DNA of 64,000 nucleotides from Minisyncoccota bacterium (GCA_041664925.1 JBAYJV010000003.1:21179-85178); one strand, 5' to 3'. Shown: positions 29,716 to 39,366, counted from the stretch's first letter. The notes: generated by a model from the sequence alone, not told the origin. Made by a program: numbers and translations.

Positions 29716-29744
29716 TTGCATTTTGGAGTGGAATGTGGTATAAT
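29716..29744 (+). promoter_or_regulatory. Cassette promoter P1: TTGCAT, 17-nt spacer, TGgTATAAT (extended -10). The same module occurs at 31089, 31648 (TTGATT), 32428 (TTGATT), 38505, 38788, 43387, 44181 and 53655
   Basis: Near-identical sequence (aaaacYcTTGCATTTTA...TGTGGTATAAT) occurs at least 9 times. The ORF track's apparent start codons at 29716, 31089 and 38505 are the TTG of the -35 box. Confidence 0.7.
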
Positions 29745-29811
29745 GAATAGTGAAAGAGAGATTAGGAGTTTCTCAGTTCAAAAACACTCAAACAAGAAGG
29801 AGAGGAAGAAG

Positions 29812-30129
29812 ATGGATCACGCGAAAGCCAGCGAAGCGATTCGTTCTTTGGTCCAAGGAAAGCCGGCGCGCTTGCAGCTCATTTTCCGAAAGGGAAAAGA
29901 CTCGATCACGGGCCTGCGACGCCTGATGGTTCGGAAGGGCGAGTGGTTCACCTACGACGACATGACCGAGATGATCATTCTCGCGGTCGTCCAGTCGAAC
30001 GATTGGGACAATGACGAGAACCGAAAGGTCGTCATTGACATCCCGGTCGTCTGCTGGGAGTTCGTCAACTGGTTCTTGCAGAGCAGCGGGATCGTGAAAG
30101 ACCTCGAGAGCATCGCGGTGGTGCACTAG
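29812..30129 (+). CDS. cassette ORF, about 105 aa (MDHAKASEAIRSL...), GC-rich, paralog of 31248
   Basis: AAGGAGAGG RBS. About 85 percent identical to 31248..31562. Terminator at 30159-30189. Confidence 0.55.
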   Translation: MDHAKASEAIRSLVQGKPARLQLIFRKGKDSITGLRRLMVRKGEWFTYDDMTEMIILAVVQSNDWDNDENRKVVIDIPVVCWEFVNWFLQSSGIVKDLESIAVVH

Positions 30130-30158
30130 GCTTGAGTCTTCACGAGTACAAGTACGGT

Positions 30159-30189
30159 GGGCGGTCAGAGGATCGCCCATCTTTTTTTT
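30159..30189 (+). terminator. Cassette terminator type 1: GGGCGGTC-AGAG-GATCGCCCATC hairpin followed by a T8 run. Repeated at about 30892, 31589 and 32377
   Basis: Four nearly identical copies lie downstream of four different cassette ORFs. Confidence 0.75.
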
Positions 30190-30369
30190 ATTATGCCTAG
30201 GTCTTGGTGTTGAGGTTAGACCTCAATAGCCACCCTAATAACCAAGTTTTGTTTATTTTGTTATTTTTAGTAAGGAGAAAAGACAAAAAAACACCAAAAA
30301 GCTTGACTTTTTAATTAAATATAGTACAATTTGTGACAGAAGTAGATAAAACCAAAGAGGAGGAAAAAC

Positions 30370-30870
30370 ATGGAAACGCGCAATGTAAGGGTACTGATTT
30401 TTGAGAAGCAAGGATGCGTGAGTGGAGTATTCGAGATCATTCCGTTTGTCTACGATTCTAGCAATACAAGTGATGAAGACCTCAAGGCTTTTGTAAGGAG
30501 ACAGGTAATCGAGACAATTCGTTCACGCGGCAGTGATTTAAGTGAAAAAGGAGAATTGGATAAAGCTCGATTCTTCCGTCCTGCTGCAGTTGAGAAGCAG
30601 AAGATTTACAGACAACTTCCATATAAAGTTGGGGATTCTTATGTTATCATTGATGCGTTTGTTTCTCGCGGTTTCAATTTCAAGCTTGATTGTCCCTGTG
30701 TTTTTGTCGAAGTTTGTCAGTCGCGAATCAATGATAATGATTTTTGGGTGAATATTTATGATGTTGACGATGCACAAGTCCCAATCTGTGTGATTCTCGT
30801 AGAAGAATATGTTTTTATTGGACCAATCTCCGATGTTGGTGACAAAGAGAAAGTTTGCGCGGGAGCGTAA
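30370..30870 (+). CDS. cassette ORF, 166 aa, hypothetical
   Basis: Own promoter TTGACT-16-TACAAT at about 30303. AGAGGAGG RBS. Type-1 terminator at 30892. Confidence 0.5.
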   Translation: METRNVRVLIFEKQGCVSGVFEIIPFVYDSSNTSDEDLKAFVRRQVIETIRSRGSDLSEKGELDKARFFRPAAVEKQKIYRQLPYKVGDSYVIIDAFVSRGFNFKLDCPCVFVEVCQSRINDNDFWVNIYDVDDAQVPICVILVEEYVFIGPISDVGDKEKVCAGA

Positions 30871-31247
30871 ATCAATCGTTAGTGAAGTTTTGATGGGCGG
30901 TCAGAGGATCGCTCATCTTTTTTTATTACATTAATTTTTAACATGACAATGTGGGAGGCTCAGCCTCCCACATATTTCTTATTTAGATGTAATCCTTCGA
31001 CTTTGCTCAGGATATATCCTTCAATAGATTCAGGACAAGAAATTTTCTATATTTCATCATAATTCAACAAGAAAATCTAATAAAAAGCTTGCATTTTGGA
31101 GTGGAATGTGGTATAATGGTTGTTAAGAAGAGAGTTGTGTATGAGTTAGTCCTTCGACTGCGTCGCGTCAAACGCGACTCCGCTCAGGATGTAAGAGCTT
31201 CTAGATTCGATAGAAGCTCATCAAGAATCTCTAACAGGAGGAAGAAG

Positions 31248-31562
31248 ATGGATCACGCGAAAGCCAGCGAAGTGCTTCGTTCTTTAGCCCAAGGAAAGCC
31301 GGCGCGTTTGCAGCTCGTTTTTCGAAAAGGAAGGGACTCGATCACGGGCCTGCGGCGCCTGATGATGCGGAAGGGCAAGTGGTTCACCTACGACTACATA
31401 ACCGAGATAATCATTCTCGCGGTTCATGAGTCGAACGATTGGGACAATGACGAGAACCGAAATGTCGTCATCAACATCCCAGTCGTCTGCGGGGAGTTCA
31501 TCGAATGGTTCTTGCAGAGCGAGATCGTGAGGGACCTCGAGAGCATCGCAGTGGTGCACTAG
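31248..31562 (+). CDS. cassette ORF, about 104 aa, paralog of 29812 (MDHAKASEVLRSL...)
   Basis: Same promoter module at 31089. The leader carries an inserted GTAAGAG-type element. Type-1 terminator. Confidence 0.55.
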   Translation: MDHAKASEVLRSLAQGKPARLQLVFRKGRDSITGLRRLMMRKGKWFTYDYITEIIILAVHESNDWDNDENRNVVINIPVVCGEFIEWFLQSEIVRDLESIAVVH

Positions 31563-31711
31563 GCTCGAGTCTTTACGAGTACAAGTACGGTGGGCGGTCA
31601 GAGGATCGCTCATCTTTTTTTAAAAATATTAAAATTACCTAAAACTCTTGATTTTTGTAGCGATGTGTGGTATAATGAGTAGTAGGAATTTGGGACTAAG
31701 AAGGAGGAAAG

Positions 31712-32356
31712 ATGACAGATCGAAGAGTTGTGCAAACGGGAAGGTACCATGGAGAGTTGTTGGATGCTTTGACTTTCGTTGAGCAACTCAACGCAGGGGG
31801 GTGGGTTGCCTCGGCGGGTATACCATGGAAGCTTCAGGAGCTTCCGGTAACCAAAGCGTCGCTTAGCGGAGAGACATTGAAGATTGAAGTTGGAGGGCAC
31901 AGTTTTGAGCTTCCGAGCGATCGCATTCTCCTTGTCGATCCTTGGACTGTCAAGGTTCTTCATACAGTCATGCGGAGACAACAGCGCAAGATGATCGACG
32001 GTGGTGGTTGGCACGAAGTGCCTGGTATAGGGGTTGCTTTTAGTGTGCGGAATCCTGCACTTGAAGAGAGTATCCGCAGGGTTCGAGATGAGAAGGCTCG
32101 ACGCGAAGAAGAAGAGCGACAGCGCCGCGAAGCTGCAGAGCACGAAGCAAAGCGCCAGGAGTTTGTCGCGCGACTCACGCAAGACTTTGTTGGCAAGAAG
32201 CTGGCAAGAATCGATGTTGTCGGCGAAGATCTCCATCTCGAGTTCGATGATGGTTCTAAGTTGTCGATCGAGCTTGCCGGTGGAGATACATATGACGCGT
32301 GGATCGATGTGAACGGAATCTCACTTCATTGTTTCAAAGCCGACACTTATCGTTGA
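31712..32356 (+). CDS. cassette ORF, 214 aa, hypothetical, GC-rich with an Arg/Glu-rich helix
   Basis: Promoter TTGATT-17-TGTGGTATAAT at 31648. AAGGAGG RBS. Type-1 terminator. Confidence 0.5.
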   Translation: MTDRRVVQTGRYHGELLDALTFVEQLNAGGWVASAGIPWKLQELPVTKASLSGETLKIEVGGHSFELPSDRILLVDPWTVKVLHTVMRRQQRKMIDGGGWHEVPGIGVAFSVRNPALEESIRRVRDEKARREEEERQRREAAEHEAKRQEFVARLTQDFVGKKLARIDVVGEDLHLEFDDGSKLSIELAGGDTYDAWIDVNGISLHCFKADTYR

Positions 32357-32456
32357 GTTTTCGCAAATCAAAGTGGTGGGCGGTCAGAGGATCGCCCATC
32401 TTTTTTATGGCAAAAACACCATTTTGCTTGATTTTTGGAGTGAGGTGTGGTATAAT

Positions 32457-32594
32457 AGGGAGTGAGAAGAGAGTTGGGATTTATGCAATACCTCTTGGCA
32501 ATGATGTGGTTGGAATGTAAAAATTCTTACTAGATCGCTGCCAAGATGGTAGCTTCCGGTGAAGTACCGGAGAATCCCGAGATGGGAGGAAACC
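32457..32594 (+). ncRNA. Long conserved 5' leader of three cassettes (GGTTGGAA, ATTCTTACTA, three hairpins, GGGAGGAAAC RBS), candidate cis-regulatory RNA. Paralogous leaders at about 44210-44337 and 54752-54861
   Basis: Blocks are conserved across three loci. Paired positions show compensatory changes (GCTGTtgaaacgACAGC versus GCTGCCaagatGGTAGC, and CCGGTggagTACCGG versus CCGGTgaagTACCGG). Confidence 0.4.
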
Positions 32595-32996
32595 GTGACG
32601 CAAAGAAAGAGTGGACAAGAGATTCTTCTCTCTAAGTCAGTCTGTTTTGCCTTGGAAATGGTACGCATCTGCCTGTGGCAAGTGCCGACGGGAGTTTATC
32701 TTCTCAATGGACCATGGATGCAGATGAATATGGCGTCCAGCCTTATGGGGAACGAAAACCATGGATGTCGGCTTGTAACATTTTCAATTCTTGTCCATCC
32801 AAACACTCGCATCAGTGCTACCTGCAATGTTCGTTGTGTGAGTGGTGAATGGAGGACGGGTACGGTCGAGATCTGGCTGCTTGATGCCGAAGGCAAAAGG
32901 CGGGATGATAAGCGCTGGAAGTTCGATTGTCGATTCAACGAGAACGGCGATGGCGGGTGGAATATCCGTTGGTTGGATCCAATCAAGAGTCAGTAG
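32595..32996 (+). CDS. cassette ORF, about 133 aa with a GTG start, distant paralog of 44338 and 54862 (the C-terminus ...WNIRWLDPIKSQ matches ...WNPKWELVPLPKKSQ)
   Basis: The GTG directly follows GGGAGGAAACC, exactly analogous to GGGAGGAAAC-ATG at 44338. Type-2 terminator at 33008. Confidence 0.45.
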   Translation: MTQRKSGQEILLSKSVCFALEMVRICLWQVPTGVYLLNGPWMQMNMASSLMGNENHGCRLVTFSILVHPNTRISATCNVRCVSGEWRTGTVEIWLLDAEGKRRDDKRWKFDCRFNENGDGGWNIRWLDPIKSQ

Positions 32997-33007
32997 GAGT
33001 AAGAAGT

Positions 33008-33047
33008 GCGGCTCGGCGACAGAGGTTGCCGGGCCGTTTTTTTTGTC
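33008..33047 (+). terminator. Cassette terminator type 2: GCGGCTCGGCGAC-AGAG-GTTGCCGGGCCG hairpin followed by T8. Copies at about 38702 and 39178
   Basis: Three near-identical copies. Confidence 0.7.
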
Positions 33048-33303
33048 TAAAAAGGCAAAAAAAGTTTTTTATTTTAGGAGAAAATTAGATATAATGGCAT
33101 ATATAATGTAATTTCAAATTTTAAAATCCAAATTACAAACACGGGATTCTTCCCCTGTACCATACGGTACAGGGTCAGAATGACCCTCCTTCGCCCATCC
33201 TTCGTTAAAACTACGGATTGGCAAGCAAGACTACGGAAGGGCGAGGCAATAATTTCTGGATTTCTGCTTTCGCAGGAATGACACAATATATATAAATAAA
33301 ATT

Positions 33304-33810
33304 ATGGAAGAAGAAAATACTTCGACAAGCTCAGTACAAGTTGCTTCGACAAGCTCAGCACAAGTTGAAAATACAGAAGATATGGGGGATATAAGAGAGA
33401 AGAGGGATACGGGAGTAGCTCTTGGACAAGACTCAGGGCAAGTGGTTGAGGAAATACAAGTTGAATCGCAAGCAGATTCATCGCAACCATCTTCGCCTGA
33501 AATTACTGAGCCGGTTTTGCCGACGGTTCAGGTTGAGGAGACGCCAGTTGTTGCGCCGACGCAAAGCGCGAATTTTGATTTGCAAGGATTGGCAGAAAAA
33601 ATGAAGGCGGCGATTTTTGGAAGACGCGAGAAAAAATTGGCGAAAATTTTAGATTATTTGAATGCGAATGGGAAAATTAAAAATGAGGAGATTAGAAAAT
33701 TAGTCAGAGTTTCCAGCGCAACCGCTACGAGATATATGAATATTTTAGAAGAAAGAAAACAAGTTGAACAAATTAGAACAAAAAGACATGCTTTTTATAA
33801 GAAAATTTGA
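33304..33810 (+). CDS. hypothetical protein with a C-terminal winged-helix-like DNA-binding region
   Basis: Acidic, low-complexity N-terminus. C-terminus LAKILDYLNANGKIKNEEIRKLVRVSSATATRYMNILEE is HTH-like. Confidence 0.4.
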   Translation: MEEENTSTSSVQVASTSSAQVENTEDMGDIREKRDTGVALGQDSGQVVEEIQVESQADSSQPSSPEITEPVLPTVQVEETPVVAPTQSANFDLQGLAEKMKAAIFGRREKKLAKILDYLNANGKIKNEEIRKLVRVSSATATRYMNILEERKQVEQIRTKRHAFYKKI

Positions 33811-34126
33811 GATAGCTCTATGGCTCACATTGCGGGTTTGAATGGAGATTTCTATGGCTCAAATGGAAGAAATGAGCCATAGGGTGAGCCATTAAAAATA
33901 TAATAGAATATAGAAGTTAGAAGATAGAGGATAGAAGATAGAATAATTACAAACATCAAACATTAAATACGGGATGACATTTTTGTCCCCGGCGAGCCGG
34001 GGCCTCATAAAACCAATGATTCTCTCGCCTTTGGCGGATCATCAGGTTTTATGGGTTGTCCTCTTGTTATCTGGGGGCGTTTACTGGTAAAATAGGAACA
34101 GGTTTGCGTTTTGTTATTTACTTGAT

Positions 34127-34624
34127 TTGTGTTTTATTAACATGGGATTTTTAGATAAGATATTTGCAATGTTTAAAAAAGAATCGCCGATCGAAGGCAG
34201 TATTGATGGCGGTCCGATTGTGACGGGTGGCAGCGCTGATGGAGCGGAAATTGTTGGCGATCAAGGCGCAGCGAAAACCGTTGATTTTCCGGAGCAACCG
34301 GTGCAGCCTGGGAAACCGGAACAATCTGAGCAGTCTGAGCAACCTGAGCAGCCGAAAGAGGATGTTGTGGATATGGCGGGAGGGGCGGTTGGTGACGAGG
34401 CAGGGGTTATTGCGGAAAAACCTGTTGAACCTGAAACGGTTGAAAAAGAAGTAGCTAGTGTTGAGGTAGAACCGTTGGAAAAAGTAGAAGAAGTTAAGCA
34501 AGCTCCGGTATCAAATCCAGCGACTTCGATCGAAGAGTTGGAAGCGAAGATTGGGACTGGCGCAGAACCAGAGATTATGGCTCAAGAGGGCGGGCCAGAG
34601 GAAATGGATAAACCGGAAGAATAA
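34127..34624 (+). CDS. acidic, Pro/Glu-rich low-complexity protein
   Basis: Repeats of PEQ, SEQ and PEQ. Predicted disordered. Confidence 0.35.
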   Translation: MCFINMGFLDKIFAMFKKESPIEGSIDGGPIVTGGSADGAEIVGDQGAAKTVDFPEQPVQPGKPEQSEQSEQPEQPKEDVVDMAGGAVGDEAGVIAEKPVEPETVEKEVASVEVEPLEKVEEVKQAPVSNPATSIEELEAKIGTGAEPEIMAQEGGPEEMDKPEE

Positions 34625-34747
34625 TTTGTTTTGTTATATTAAATTAAAAAAATGATTAAATTAAAAAAAGCCAATCATGGCGCACGACCGGCATTAAGAA
34701 AAGCCCTTAAAAAGCACAAGAGAAAATAATATTAATTAAAATATATT

Positions 34748-35209
34748 ATGCCTGAAGATAAATTAAAAACACAGGAGGGAGTTGATAAATCCAAAGATTT
34801 GGAAAGAAATGTTTTAGTAGAACCAATCGGCGAAGGAGTTGTTGTTGAAAAAGAAATTAGCCCAGAAGAAGCAAGAGAAAAAGAGAGAATAACAGAAAAA
34901 AGAAAAGAAGCGATTAGAAAAACTGTTGAGGAAAAAGAAGTTGGCGAGGAACAGAGAGAAACAATTGATGAGATAAAAAAAGAAGCGCGAAAATCGGGAA
35001 CTTGGGAGGTTTTTAATGATGACCAAATCGTAGAAAGGCTAATTTTAGCGATAAAAGATGACGATAATCGCCATAATTTAGAAAATGCTTTGCAAGCAGC
35101 AAGAGAAATGGGAGAATCTGTGTTCGATAATTTAATTGGCGAACTTGCGGGCAATGACGAAGTTTGGGAAATCTTAAAAGAAAAAGGATACATAGATTAT
35201 CCTGAATAA
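34748..35209 (+). CDS. acidic hypothetical protein
   Basis: 153-aa ORF with a Glu/Lys-rich helix. Confidence 0.35.
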   Translation: MPEDKLKTQEGVDKSKDLERNVLVEPIGEGVVVEKEISPEEAREKERITEKRKEAIRKTVEEKEVGEEQRETIDEIKKEARKSGTWEVFNDDQIVERLILAIKDDDNRHNLENALQAAREMGESVFDNLIGELAGNDEVWEILKEKGYIDYPE

Positions 35210-35224
35210 TAATTAGGTATTTTT

Positions 35225-37648
35225 ATGGAGAAATTCTTTTTTGGAGCTGTTTTTGTGATTGTTATTGGCGCTTTGTTTTTTGCTGGGCGGATTATTTTCA
35301 AAAAAAGAAAGAAGGGACACCTGGGAAATCTCTTGGGAATGTCTCTTTTTTTAATTAGGCTACCGAAAAACGAAAGAAAACTTAAAGAGGGCGAGACGAG
35401 CAGGGATTTTCGCGAAAAAATTGGTGCGATTGAACAATTTTATGCGAGTTTTTCAGGTTTGACTCGCAAGGGATGGAAAAAGTTTATTTATGGGTTACCC
35501 AGAATAACAGTTGAGATAGCTAATACAATTCAACAAGAAGAAGTCGGTTTTTATATTTCTGTGCCAAAGGGACTCGAGGCTCAAGCCAAGAAACATCTTC
35601 AGGGAATTTATCCGGAAGCTGAAATCGATCGCTGCGAAAAAGATTATAATCCATTTGTTCCTCAAGGAGAATCGGCTGGAGGGTATTTTGTTTTGAGAAA
35701 AGATATTTTATTGCCCTTGAATACTTATACAAATCTCAAAATTGATCCATTAGCGCAAATCACCAATACGCTTAGCAATATTTTTCCAGAAGAAGGAGCG
35801 GCGGTTCAACTGGTGATCAGGCCAGCTAATAATAAATGGAATGAAAAAGCCAAAGAAGCGGTCAAACAACTAGGCGAAGGCAAGAAATTTTCGGATATAA
35901 AAAAAGGCATGAATATACCTGCTGGACTTGGAAGCGAATTTAAAAAACTTGTAACCATGGAGAATAAAGATGAAGAAGAAAAGGTTCAAAGAGTTGATGA
36001 GACTACTCTGGAATTGGTAAAGAATAAATCCCAAAAAACATTATTCGAAGCAAATATTAGAATTGTAGCATCATCACAAGATAAGATGTCTGTCAAGAGA
36101 ATTCTCGATGCTTTGGTCGCAGCTTTTGGTCAATATGATTTGAATCAGGGAAATTCTTTGGAATTTATCAATCTTAAGAAAAAACCATTGAAGCAGATGT
36201 TTTATAATTTTAGTCTGCGATTTTTTGATACGAAAAAAATAGTTATTTTGAATGCGGAAGAATTGGCAAGCATTTTTCATTTATCGATTGAAAATCTTAG
36301 AACGCCAAAGATAAAAACCCTAAAAACCGCGAAGGCGCCTATACCTGTCGAACTTCCCGATGCTGGACCAGTTATTTTGGGTGAGGCAACATTTAGAGAA
36401 GAAACGAAAAAAGTTTATTTTGCGACCGATAACGATCGCCGCAGACATTTTTATATTATTGGACAAACCGGTACTGGTAAAACATCTCTCTTAAAAGAAA
36501 TGATCCGTCAAGATATTGAGGCTGGTCGGGGCGTTGGTGTGGTTGATCCTCACGGAGATTTGATTGAAGATACGCTATCGAATATTCCGCTTCATCGCCG
36601 AGACGATGTCGTTCTATTTGAACCATTTAATACGGAAAATCCAGTGGGACTAAATATGCTTGAATATGACACAGAGGAACAAAAAGATTTTGCGGTTCAG
36701 GAAATGGTTGCGATTTTCCAAAAACTTTTCCCGCCAGAAATGATCGGGCCGATGTTCGAACATTATATGAGAAATGCGATGTTGGCGCTAATGGCTGACA
36801 AAGATGATCCGGGAACGCTAGTCGAAATTCCAAGAATCTTTACCGATGATTTATACATGGAAGAACGACTAGCTAAAGTTAAAGATTTGGTAGTGAGGCA
36901 ATTCTGGGAAAAAGAATGGAAGAAAACAACAGGACAAACCAGATCTGATATGCTTGGCTATGTTGTCTCCAAAGTTGGCCGATTTGTCGAAAATGCGATG
37001 ATGCGCAACATTATTGGTCAAGCGCATTCGGGTGTCAACTTGTCCGACATCATGGACAAAGGAAAAATCTTTCTGGCGAATCTTTCCAAAGGTCAAACTG
37101 GCGAGGTTAATAGTTCTTTGCTTGGACTTATTCTTGTCAGTAAATGTCAAATGGCAGCCATGAGGCGAGGCAATATTCCGGAAGATCAAAGACGAGATTT
37201 TTACTTGTATGCCGATGAGTTTCAAAACTTTACCACCGATTCAATTCCGACGATTTTATCAGAGGCTCGCAAATATAGACTCAATCTAATTTTATCTCAT
37301 CAATTTATTGCCCAACTTCAAGACAATATCAAAGACGCGGTCTTCGGGAATGTCGGCTCAATTTTATCGTTCAGAGTTGGCGTTGAGGACGGCGAGAGAT
37401 TGGAAAAGCAATTTGAGCCGGATTTTACAAGACAAGACATCATCAATCTGCCAAACTACGAGGCGATTATAAAACTGATGATTAATGGCCAAGTCAGCTC
37501 GTCTTTCCGCATGAAAACCACTGCGCCCAAGATTGGCGACAGAGCTCAAATCCAAGCAATTAAAGATATTTCAAAATTAAAATATGGAAGAAAAAAGGAA
37601 GAAGTTGAAAAAGATATTGCCAGGAGGGCAAAGTTAGGAAGTTTATAA
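35225..37648 (+). CDS. Membrane-anchored P-loop ATPase of the TraG/TraD/VirD4-like coupling-protein or AAA_10-like type
   Basis: N-terminal TM helix. Walker A IIGQTGTGKTSLL. Walker-B-like LYADEFQNF. 807 aa. Confidence 0.5.
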   Translation: MEKFFFGAVFVIVIGALFFAGRIIFKKRKKGHLGNLLGMSLFLIRLPKNERKLKEGETSRDFREKIGAIEQFYASFSGLTRKGWKKFIYGLPRITVEIANTIQQEEVGFYISVPKGLEAQAKKHLQGIYPEAEIDRCEKDYNPFVPQGESAGGYFVLRKDILLPLNTYTNLKIDPLAQITNTLSNIFPEEGAAVQLVIRPANNKWNEKAKEAVKQLGEGKKFSDIKKGMNIPAGLGSEFKKLVTMENKDEEEKVQRVDETTLELVKNKSQKTLFEANIRIVASSQDKMSVKRILDALVAAFGQYDLNQGNSLEFINLKKKPLKQMFYNFSLRFFDTKKIVILNAEELASIFHLSIENLRTPKIKTLKTAKAPIPVELPDAGPVILGEATFREETKKVYFATDNDRRRHFYIIGQTGTGKTSLLKEMIRQDIEAGRGVGVVDPHGDLIEDTLSNIPLHRRDDVVLFEPFNTENPVGLNMLEYDTEEQKDFAVQEMVAIFQKLFPPEMIGPMFEHYMRNAMLALMADKDDPGTLVEIPRIFTDDLYMEERLAKVKDLVVRQFWEKEWKKTTGQTRSDMLGYVVSKVGRFVENAMMRNIIGQAHSGVNLSDIMDKGKIFLANLSKGQTGEVNSSLLGLILVSKCQMAAMRRGNIPEDQRRDFYLYADEFQNFTTDSIPTILSEARKYRLNLILSHQFIAQLQDNIKDAVFGNVGSILSFRVGVEDGERLEKQFEPDFTRQDIINLPNYEAIIKLMINGQVSSSFRMKTTAPKIGDRAQIQAIKDISKLKYGRKKEEVEKDIARRAKLGSL

Positions 37649-37667
37649 TAAATTTTAAAATAAAATC

Positions 37668-38177
37668 ATGCCATCACCAGAACAATTCGGATTAAGGACA
37701 ATCGAAACACAAGGAAGTTTTCATGAGGTTGAACGCGAAAGGTCATTCGGTAGTGCTGCCGAAGATCTTTTTATTGAAGCGCTAAGAAATCATCCGGCCA
37801 TTGATAAAGTTGAACATGCCTCGAGAGAAGATGATGAAGTGGGAAAAACTGACATTTTAGTTTATTTTAAAGGAGAATCAGGGCCGATAAAAGTGCAATT
37901 ATTCGCTGGAAAAAACGAAGAAATTTTAGACAAAAAAGAAACAACCTTGCCAAGGGGGGTCACCTTGGTTCATGACAAAGGAACACTATCAAGAGCGCTA
38001 AGAAGAAGCGGCGACGATTGGTCAGAAAATGGCATCAGAAATGCGGCTGCATCTTTAGGTCAGCATGAAATAAGCGAGCTCTTTGGTCAAATTCTTGATG
38101 GCATGCCAAGAAATGAAAGGGCGGCTTTATTAATGAGACTACAAGGACGGCTCACAACAAGGACATCAAAAAACTAG
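37668..38177 (+). CDS. hypothetical protein
   Basis: 169-aa ORF. A bidirectional hairpin terminator follows at about 38180-38205. Confidence 0.35.
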   Translation: MPSPEQFGLRTIETQGSFHEVERERSFGSAAEDLFIEALRNHPAIDKVEHASREDDEVGKTDILVYFKGESGPIKVQLFAGKNEEILDKKETTLPRGVTLVHDKGTLSRALRRSGDDWSENGIRNAAASLGQHEISELFGQILDGMPRNERAALLMRLQGRLTTRTSKN

Positions 38178-38205
38178 TCAGCCCTGGGTTGACTAGTTTT
38201 GTGGT

Positions 38206-38367
38206 TTATCCACCAATTTTTACTCGTAGTGCTGCGCCTCCCTTTGTATCAATTACGAAAGATCCGTCTTTTCTTTCAGAGATGCCTCTGATTTTTTCTC
38301 CATCTACAAGACTGCCATCTGTCACAATCTTACGAAGTCTTTCAATCAACTCTTCTTTGCTTGCCAT
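38206..38367 (-). CDS. small protein, 53 aa
   Basis: AAGGAGG RBS on the minus strand. Start taken at MASKEEL. Confidence 0.3.
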   Translation of the reverse strand: MASKEELIERLRKIVTDGSLVDGEKIRGISERKDGSFVIDTKGGAALRVKIGG

Positions 38368-38877
38368 TTCGTCCTCCTTGTTTTGACGAAAAGAACTTAC
38401 TATAACACTAGCATACAAACATCCCTTTGTCAATACTTATATCGATATATCGGAGGCTAAGCCTTCGATTTTTTTGTTAAAAAGAATAAAATTACCCAAA
38501 ACCCTTGCATTTTAATATTAATTGTGGTATAATAGGTAATGAAAGAAGGTTAGGGTTCAGCAACTCAAAAGTACTCAAACATCAAGCAAGAAGGAGGAAG
38601 TACGAAAGCACTAAAATGGGTTCTGATTATCGGCGGCATTGTGGGATTGATCTTCGGAGTTGGTTGCGCATTACTATGGATGGGTGTAGGCGGATAAGAA
38701 GTGCGGTCTGGCGACAGAGGTTGCCGGGCCGTTTTTTTATTAAAATCTGTCGAGGACGGTCCTAGACAGTTTTTATACCCAAAACACTTGCATTTTAGAT
38801 TAAGGTGTGGTATAATAGATAATGAAAGAAGGTTAGGGTTTTCACTCAAAAGCGCTCAAAGAAGGAGGAAGAGAGAA

Positions 38878-39171
38878 ATGATAAAGGCGACCGTTGATCT
38901 TCACGGTTTTGGTGCTAGAGGCAATAATGCAGAGATCATGGCTCAGCAGATTTTCGACGAGTTCGGCGACGATCTCAGGAAGAGTGTGATCGTGGTGCCA
39001 TGCGAATCGCAGCCTCTCAAAGAGGACATGTTCGCAGAGCCATTCGTCAGGGTCTTTGCTGACAGTCCCGAGACTGCGTCAAAGATCAAGAAAGCAATCG
39101 GGCGAGTGAATTTCAAACTCAGCGTTCAGGTGGTGTCCGCTGATTCTGAGTTCTACTCAGCGAGCGATTAG
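38878..39171 (+). CDS. cassette ORF, 97 aa, acidic (MIKATVDLHGFGARG...)
   Basis: Promoter module at 38788. AAGGAGGAAG RBS. Type-2 terminator at 39178. Confidence 0.5.
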   Translation: MIKATVDLHGFGARGNNAEIMAQQIFDEFGDDLRKSVIVVPCESQPLKEDMFAEPFVRVFADSPETASKIKKAIGRVNFKLSVQVVSADSEFYSASD

Positions 39172-39214
39172 TGGAAGTGCGGTCCGGCGACAGAGGTTGC
39201 CGGGCCGTTTTTTT

Positions 39215-39360
39215 TATTCCCCCGTCAAAAAAAGCATTTTTTTTATTCTCCCGCCAAAAAAATCTGAAGTTCTGTTTCAGATTTTTTTATTCTCCCTGCC
39301 AAAAAAGTATTTTTTTATTCTCCCGTCAAAAAAACACCAAATTATTTATAAACAAAATTA
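39215..39360. repeat. Four tandem T7-A7 tract repeats of about 33 bp (TTTTTTTATTCYCCYGYCAAAAAAA)
   Basis: Seen directly. They sit between convergent genes, and one unit carries an internal palindrome. Confidence 0.6.
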
Positions 39361-39366
39361 GTTTTT

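Noticed and set aside
29716-29811. N-terminal extensions MHFGVECGIM... of the ORFs starting at 29716, 31089 and 38505
   Set aside because: The 'start codon' is the TTG of the TTGCAT -35 box, and the extension runs through the -10 and leader. The real starts are the RBS-preceded ATGs downstream (29812, 31248).
29690-33050. Integron or attC cassette array
   Set aside because: No integrase gene is present. Each unit has its own promoter, and the 3' structures are simple perfect GC hairpins with T-runs (terminators), not attC sites.
38616-38765. 50-aa Arg-rich ORF MGSDYRRHCGIDLRSWLRITMDGCRRIRSAVWRQRLPGRFFIKICRGRS
   Set aside because: It reads straight through a strong GC-hairpin/T8 terminator. 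The alternative-frame hydrophobic peptide that stops just before the terminator is more plausible. Both are left as low confidence.
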